Assembly (NCBI GenBank): GCA_044892525.1
Contig: CM097885.1
Coordinates: forward strand, 25,298,001-25,362,000
Length of the DNA stretch: 64,000 nucleotides
Direction of reading: 5' to 3'
Source of the DNA: Schmidtea polychroa
Lineage: Eukaryota
In this document: piece by piece, positions 56,299 through 64,000 of the stretch
Layout: each line of letters opens with the position of its first letter
Numbering within the stretch: position 1 is the first letter of the stretch
The notes under the pieces: model-generated
What the model was told of the DNA's origin: nothing
Databases searched by the model: none
Seen by the model: only the letters and a program-made list of their open reading frames with translations
Translations under genes and position numbers: made by a program

Positions 56299-56864
56299 GA
56301 TTATATTTTTATTATATTATATTTCTGTATTTTACAAGATTTCTTTGTGTTAAAAAATCACAACTTATGATTGATTATTAACTATTTAATTATATTCATA
56401 TATGCAATTATTACATAAACAGAAAACATTTTTGTAACTTTATTTAAAAAGATTTTAAAAATAAATTTTTATACTATTTTATCTAATATGAGATGAAAAC
56501 TAAAAAAATAAAATGACAAATATATACAATTTATATATAACTTTAATTTTAATGTACACTTTACAATGTTATAAAAGCTATATTTATAAAAGAGAAAGAA
56601 ACACGTAAAAATGATTTTCTCTTATGTCCTCCTTAATTTATCAAAGCTCACATTTTACATGATTTGTAAATATTTCTTTGAAATACCTCGAATAAATCAC
56701 ATTCGAACGATAATTTTGGAGAAATTAAACAAATATTTACATTTAATTTAAGAATTACAATAATGATTTTTAATAGACTTGTATATATTTGCCAACTTAC
56801 CTTATTTACATATTAACATCGCGCAGGATACAATATTTAATTAATTACCAATTAATTTATAATT

Positions 56865-56952
<88 letters not shown>

Positions 56953-56957
56953 TTATA

Positions 56958-56995
<38 letters not shown>

Positions 56996-57093
56996 CATTA
57001 TAATTATTCTTATTAATATTATTTTTATTATAATTTTTATTATTCTTATTAATATTATTTTTATTATAATTTTTATTATAATAATTATTATTA

Positions 57094-57155
<62 letters not shown>

Positions 57156-57903
57156 ATTATTATTATTATTATTATTATTATAATTATTATTATAATTATT
57201 ATTATTATTTCATGAAGATACTGATGAAATCAATTAGAAATGTTTGTAAACTTACACATATGTAACAGAGAGATATATGATAGAAAAATCATAAACATGT
57301 GCTATTCAGATCACATATTGTAGTATAATAATCACCTATATCGAAATAGAGATCCGAGGAAAAAAAATGTAGTTGTCTGCATATTCAATTTTTTTTTGCC
57401 AAGGATTCCCAATGAATCCCTAGTCAAATATCCATCCACATGTTTTCAGATAAAATCATTCATTTTTGTTAATTTAGATTTGTGTCTTCTTTGGAAATGA
57501 ACCGATTACGTCGTGAAAAAAAAATGGGAAAAACAAAACGAAATTTTTTTCTGTTGGATTTTCACTGATTCATTTTGGCAGGTTTCGGATATATTTTCTA
57601 AAAGTTACAGTGAATATGTTTCCAACAGATTTCGTCTGTAATTATTAAATAAAGTTACAGTGGCTTTAGCCTGTGTTCAAAAATAATTATCATGATCATT
57701 ATTTTAAAACATCAGTGAAATTGTTACACAGGGCCAACTTTTTATACCGGTTTAAGCTGTAATTATTGAAATCAAGATGTTCATTTACAAGGAGGATTTA
57801 GGAAATAAAATCATAAAATTCATTTGCAAATTTTATTTTGGTCCATAAATTATTTTAACAGAATTCTGTTATGATTTAAATTTTCGATAAAGTAATAATA
57901 ATT

Positions 57904-58048
<145 letters not shown>

Positions 58049-58329
58049 TAATAAATCAATATTAATGACGTTCTATATGTACCCGGCCAACCCATCAAAA
58101 TAGCAGTATTTTAACAATATTTTAGTTCCAATAAATATTGTTTGTTTTAATATTTAACTGCATAGCAGCGTGGAGAGCACATTTTCAATTTATTTGTCAA
58201 TTTATTCTATATTCTGTCAAGTATAACAGCGATAAAAATATATGCCCTTCTTGTACCACAATTGACAACTTGATTAGCCGGTTCAAACATAGAAAGTTGA
58301 TGGTCCTTGTGAAATTTCTGACTATAATT

Positions 58330-58600
58330 GTGAAGGAAGAACACTGAATTACTATCAAGAATATATTTCACACAAGTTGAATGTGAATACCGGAGGTGTT
58401 CAAGTCATCCCAATAAATCTGACTTAAGAACTTTGGTATTCAACCTTGTCTTTCTTCTCAGATGTTTGAAAACTGGAAGGAATTCTGGCAGGCAAACTTT
58501 TTCATGTTTGATGAATACGGTGACCAATACCTAAGAAATATCATTACTGTGAATGAATTATCCTGGATTGTCCTGTATGTTTCCGGGACATTGGTTGCAA
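58330..58600 (+). mobile_element. Highly decayed mariner-like fragment
   Basis: EYGDQYLRNIITVNELSW resembles GDEFLRRIVTGDESW. Confidence 0.4.
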
Positions 58601-60191
58601 GTAGCAAGCCTAAAAAATCATTTTATTCCAATGCTAAAATATACCTTCCTATTGGTTTCCTCTAACACCTAGTCAAGGTACTCATAGAAAGCACCACATA
58701 GAAAAATATTTATTAATAGAAATATCTTAAAGGTTTTTAAACTTTAAATAATTTTCAAAAATAACTAACTCTAATTTATTTTAAAATTGATAAAAAATTT
58801 TTTATATTTTCCTAAATAAATTAATTCAATTTACCGTGGTACTGTGATTTAAACAAAATATATTATTTTTATTTTAACAACTTTGTGGCCTAATTTCCTA
58901 AACGACTTCTTTCAAGACATTCATTGAACCAATTCTAATTTGATTTCATTTGGAACTTTGATCTGTAATTATTATTAATTTCAACTACTCCATTCTATAA
59001 ACACAAATTTTGTTTAAATGCCTGTCTAAAATATTTAATTGAGGCTCGCCTTCTCTAAATATTTACTCGTCAATAAATCTGTTTGCTGTGTATCCATTAA
59101 ATAGGAAATTTAACAGGAAAATGCGGGCTAGAATTTAATATATAAAATAGGGGTAACGAAAATAAATATTGATAAAAAAATTATTTTTTATTAGAAAAAA
59201 ACCAGAAAAAATAATTATAAGAACTTGATAAATTCCAAATATAAAATTTAGTCTCGCTTTTATTGTTTTATCGCAACAGGATATGAAATAGGGAAAATTA
59301 CATTTTTTTACTAAATCATTCATATCCATAATTTTTCTACTTTTTTCGTTTTCCTAAGTTGACATCGGTGTTTAGAAAAATCATTTTTGACTGAATGGAG
59401 GCAAAAGAGAGGGAGATGTCAGATGTCTTGATAGAAACTAATCTCTACCTCACCTTTGACAAAGGTTCACAAGACTGCATCACTGAATAAATGTGAAATA
59501 GGAAATATTGAAGGGGGCAAATAAATAAAATTCAATATTATTATATTTTCCTTTACCACTATAAAGGTCACGAGTTAAGTGCACAATGTGCTGCACCCCC
59601 CCCCCCCCCCTGCTTCTAAAATTTACCTTTTTCTAATATTTAAAAACTCATAATAATTAACCGACAACCGTTTTCAATAAAGAATGAGTAAATTAATCAC
59701 CACTAATTTTAATGACGGTTTCTCTTCAAGGACTCTTCAGAAAATTTCCATACAAAAATCGAAATTTTATTCCGGATTTTCTTAAATTAGCTCATAAATT
59801 TCTTTGAGGAGAAAATAGGTTCATTGCTTGTGGGGGAATTTAAATTTAATTTTGGGAAAGTAAAATATAATTTCATGTCTGGTTTGTCGGTTGTAGTTTT
59901 TTTTCACAGGAAAATCAATATTTCGGTTGAATTTTTTTTTGATATTTTTTTGGAAATATTTAATTTAGTTTTGATTGACTTTAAATGCTTTCTTGATTCG
60001 TGAAAAGTCAGTTGCTTAGAACAATAACTGTAGGAATTCCACCTAAATGCGACTAGTTTTAACTAGGTGTCCTTAATTTAATAGGAAGCGTCTTTTATGT
60101 TTTTATATATTCTAAATTTCGCCCACATTTTTAGATTTTCAATAAAAATATATTTATAATATTACTGATTTATAGTCTTCAAACTCTCTTT

Positions 60192-60305
<114 letters not shown>

Positions 60306-61288
60306 TAAAATGATGATTTCTTGGTAGCAGCGTTAATTAAATGTTAAAAAATTAAATGATAATGTAAGCGAATTGGAATTATTCGTAAAGCACATAAGTT
60401 TTGAACATTGATGGAAGCTCTGGTAAACAACACAAAAAAAGAAAACAATTGTACAATGAAAAGCTGCCAAATATTGAAGAAAATATGTTTTCGAAAAAAC
60501 GTTGACTACTGCATCATTTAAAATATATGCAAAAAAATGTTTACATTGTAAGTACGCTCAGGAACTTGCATTAAAAAGTTAAAGAATATCTAGATCCTGT
60601 TGGAAAATCCTCGGTATATAAATTAACAATTTTTAACAATACCAACCAAGGAAAGAAAGAAAAAATATTTAAATTGATTTCTAAGCCAACGGAAACATCC
60701 AAAAGAAAAATGTCAGATTTAAACAAGCAATTCTCATCATAAACAGACGGCCAACAATCAACACTAAAGAAGAGATCAATGAAATCATCAGTTTGATTTG
60801 TTGTTATTGACTTTGTGAATATTTTCTTTTTAAAAATAAAAAAAAAAAATTTATAAATAATATTGAAAATCTAAATAAAATATTAAGGAAATAAGCCTTT
60901 AGAGATCATTAGGAATAAAAATAAAATGTAAACATTTTTTTAAAAATTTTTAAACTGAAGACTATATTTTTATAAATATTTTAGGATATTATTTATTAAA
61001 AGACGTTTCCATGTGTTAATTATATATGCTTTAAAAACTTCAAATTTTTTTTTATTTTGAATTTGGAGGATATCTAATAAAATTAACTTTTTCATTCTTT
61101 AAAAAATTTTATTTTTAACCAATGAGAAGTAAAAAAATAAATATAAGAGAAGGTAAAAAGCATTTGAAAATAACACAAACTAAATTCCCAGAAATTGAAA
61201 AGGACTATTTTTATAGTTGAAAATTCTTTCATTTTATTAAATATATTTTTCGCAGCCAAAGCTTTAAATTCTTATTTAATTGTTTAAC

Positions 61289-61418
<130 letters not shown>

Positions 61419-62231
61419 TATATTATAATATCATTAATAATAAATGAATGAAATCTACTGGAAAAAGAATATTTTGAAAACTAAAGATATTTTTCCTTAA
61501 TGTCTTTTGACTAGTATAGAAAAAGAGGAAACGTTTTGCACCTCTTAAACAGTGAAATTAAAATTTGGAGAAAATGATATAAAGAATTCAAAATATTAAG
61601 TTTTATAATGAAGCTTTATTCTCTAGATTTTAAAAGAAGAATCTAAACTATTCAACAAATCAGGCATAGTATGATTAAAACAAAACCGAAACCAATAATT
61701 TTCAATGTAAATAACATAATAATTCGCCTACAAAATTAATGGGATAAATTTATTTATATCATTTCGATTTTTCCCTGACGACTGGGAAACTTCTGTCTTA
61801 TAAAACGAATCCGCAATATTACACAAGAATTCATTTGAACAAGTCATTGACATATATTCAATGTTGAAAGTATCATAGCGAATGTTGCTGTCTCGTCTAA
61901 TTAAGCGATTATTGTGCAGGCTGCAATCTCGCGGTATTTCAATTGAGCCATTCTCCCAGTCATGGATACATCCAACTGACATTTAACTGAAACGGGGAAA
62001 AATAGTTGAATGAAATAACTTGAAGAAAATAGTTGTAAAGACTGTAAACTGCACCACTTTTCCTCTGATTATTTTTATCATAATAATAATTATTATAAAT
62101 ATCACGCTTAGTCATGCTGCTTAATAGGATAATTTCGACTTAAAATATCAATTATGATGGGCTTTTTTGAACGTAAAATAATCTTATTTCGCTTGGTGGT
62201 GATTGACATTAGATGTGGAATCACTCTCTTT

Positions 62232-62612
<381 letters not shown>

Positions 62613-63348
62613 GTATTGAATCTAACGGTGAATGCGCATTGAAAATCACTGGCACACTTCATTATCGGTTTGACTTTTTGCTCTTTAAGTATATTAAAGT
62701 GAAAATAAGTAAATATATTTGATAGTAGTTTAAATGTCATATCAAGTTAATTGGTCTTCAGATTATATCATTAAATGCGTCTAGAGGTTGGTGTACTACT
62801 TGTACAGGTTTTCATAACATTTGATGCTAATCATAAAGGTTGATGTTCGTAATTGGTTTGGAATTTAATCGCTATTAGTTTTGTTTTACCTTTCTGAAGT
62901 TGGAAATCATAGCAACCCTTCTCACTACAAAGGTAAAGTTGAGCGGTTCAACTGGATTAGAATAAAGAATCTCAGAAAGAAATGAGGTATTATTTTAGAA
63001 GTCATATTTGAAGGATTTTGTTTTAATGGATAAAAAAAATATTTTCGTAAAAATGTTTTTTGAAATATTTACAAACATTATTATTTTGCTTAATGATAAT
63101 CTTATGGACGAGTAATTTTTTTTGTATAAAAATAATAATAAAATAAAATTTAGAATAAGTATCAGTATATAATATTGGAAATGATATATATTATTTATAA
63201 CAGTGGTAAACCTTTGCTGCAAATTTTATTCATTATTATTATATTATACGTTTCGATCTAGTTCAAATCGTGGTTAAAACTTTAATTTTTCAACTGAAAA
63301 TATTTCTTCTTTTGCTTTTCTTGATTTCTGTGGAAAAATTAAATAATA

Positions 63349-64000
63349 CTCCCTCCGTCCGGTAATATGGTATACATTTCAACAAAAATCGTAGATTATC
63401 GTGAATATAAAAATAAATAGGCAACTGTCATGACATTGTCATAGTAAATATCCATGACAATATAACCTAAATTATTTGACTTAAGTAATATCATTCTTAG
63501 TTAAAAACTTACCGCTCAAACATCAGTGTTTCTTGAGGTAGATAAAATTAGTACCGCTGCAAGACGAATATGGAAAATGTAGAAGGAAATTTGTTAAATT
63601 TAGAAAGAAGAGATTCAAAATATAAACAGTTAACTAAAGAACAACGTCAAGGTATTTTTGAAAAATTATTACAGCAGATGAAGGAGAATAAGTTAAAACA
63701 CGGTGCAATCAACGAAGTTGCTACTGCGTTTCAAGTTTCCCGGCTAACCGTTAGCAGAATTTGGCATGCAGCACAAACTCAATACAGAAAAGGTGAGATA
63801 TGTGCCGGAAAAGAAAACCTAAAAAGACTATTCGAACAATTTAGCGCAAATAAAGAATACACCATTAAATCGTCGAGGAACGCTTCGCAGTCTTTCCTTT
63901 GCAATTGGTATTCCAAAATCAACTTTGTTTGATATATTCAAATCGGGAAAGTATATCAAGAGAATATCTTCTACAGTTAAACCAACTTTAACAGATAAAA
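63349..64000 (+). mobile_element. Plant/oomycete-type (DD39D, Stowaway-TIR) mariner, 5' part; runs off the window
   Basis: TA followed by CTCCCTCCGTCC terminus. ORF from 63570 KQLTKEQRQGIFEKLL...KLKHGAINEVATAFQVSRLTVSRIW continues after a frameshift (~63810) as PLNRRGTLRSLSFAIGIPKSTLF...IKRISSTVKPTLTDK. Confidence 0.8.

Overview
Very AT-rich eukaryotic (animal) genomic DNA with many long (AAT/ATT)n tracts and 42-54 nt introns. This is consistent with a planarian-type flatworm, but that is inference from composition and intron size only. I can reconstruct one intact host gene: an 8-exon, 296-aa Nudix hydrolase (NUDT20/YJR142W-like) on the minus strand at 7397-13386, whose 4.76-kb intron 4 holds nested transposons. 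Two decayed intronless chromatin-gene copies are present (BAF/BANF1-like and ASF1). The rest is mostly mobile DNA: an apparently intact GC-rich hAT-superfamily (probably hATm) element with a 751-aa ORF and 8-bp TSD; a complete Merlin element with perfect 53-bp TIRs and a split transposase; hAT and piggyBac MITEs; mariner, Tigger and hAT fragments; a Penelope remnant with a minimal hammerhead ribozyme; an RLE-type non-LTR retrotransposon; a Polinton/Maverick virion-module remnant; a Gypsy gag fragment; two different solo LTRs inserted in the same register inside (AAT)n tracts; and a plant/oomycete-type (DD39D/Stowaway-TIR) mariner at the right edge. All family assignments come from motif recognition by eye, not database searches. 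I found no clearly new biological system; the best candidates are the microsatellite-targeted LTRs, the GC-rich intact hATm-like element, the split Merlin and the internally deleted BAF.
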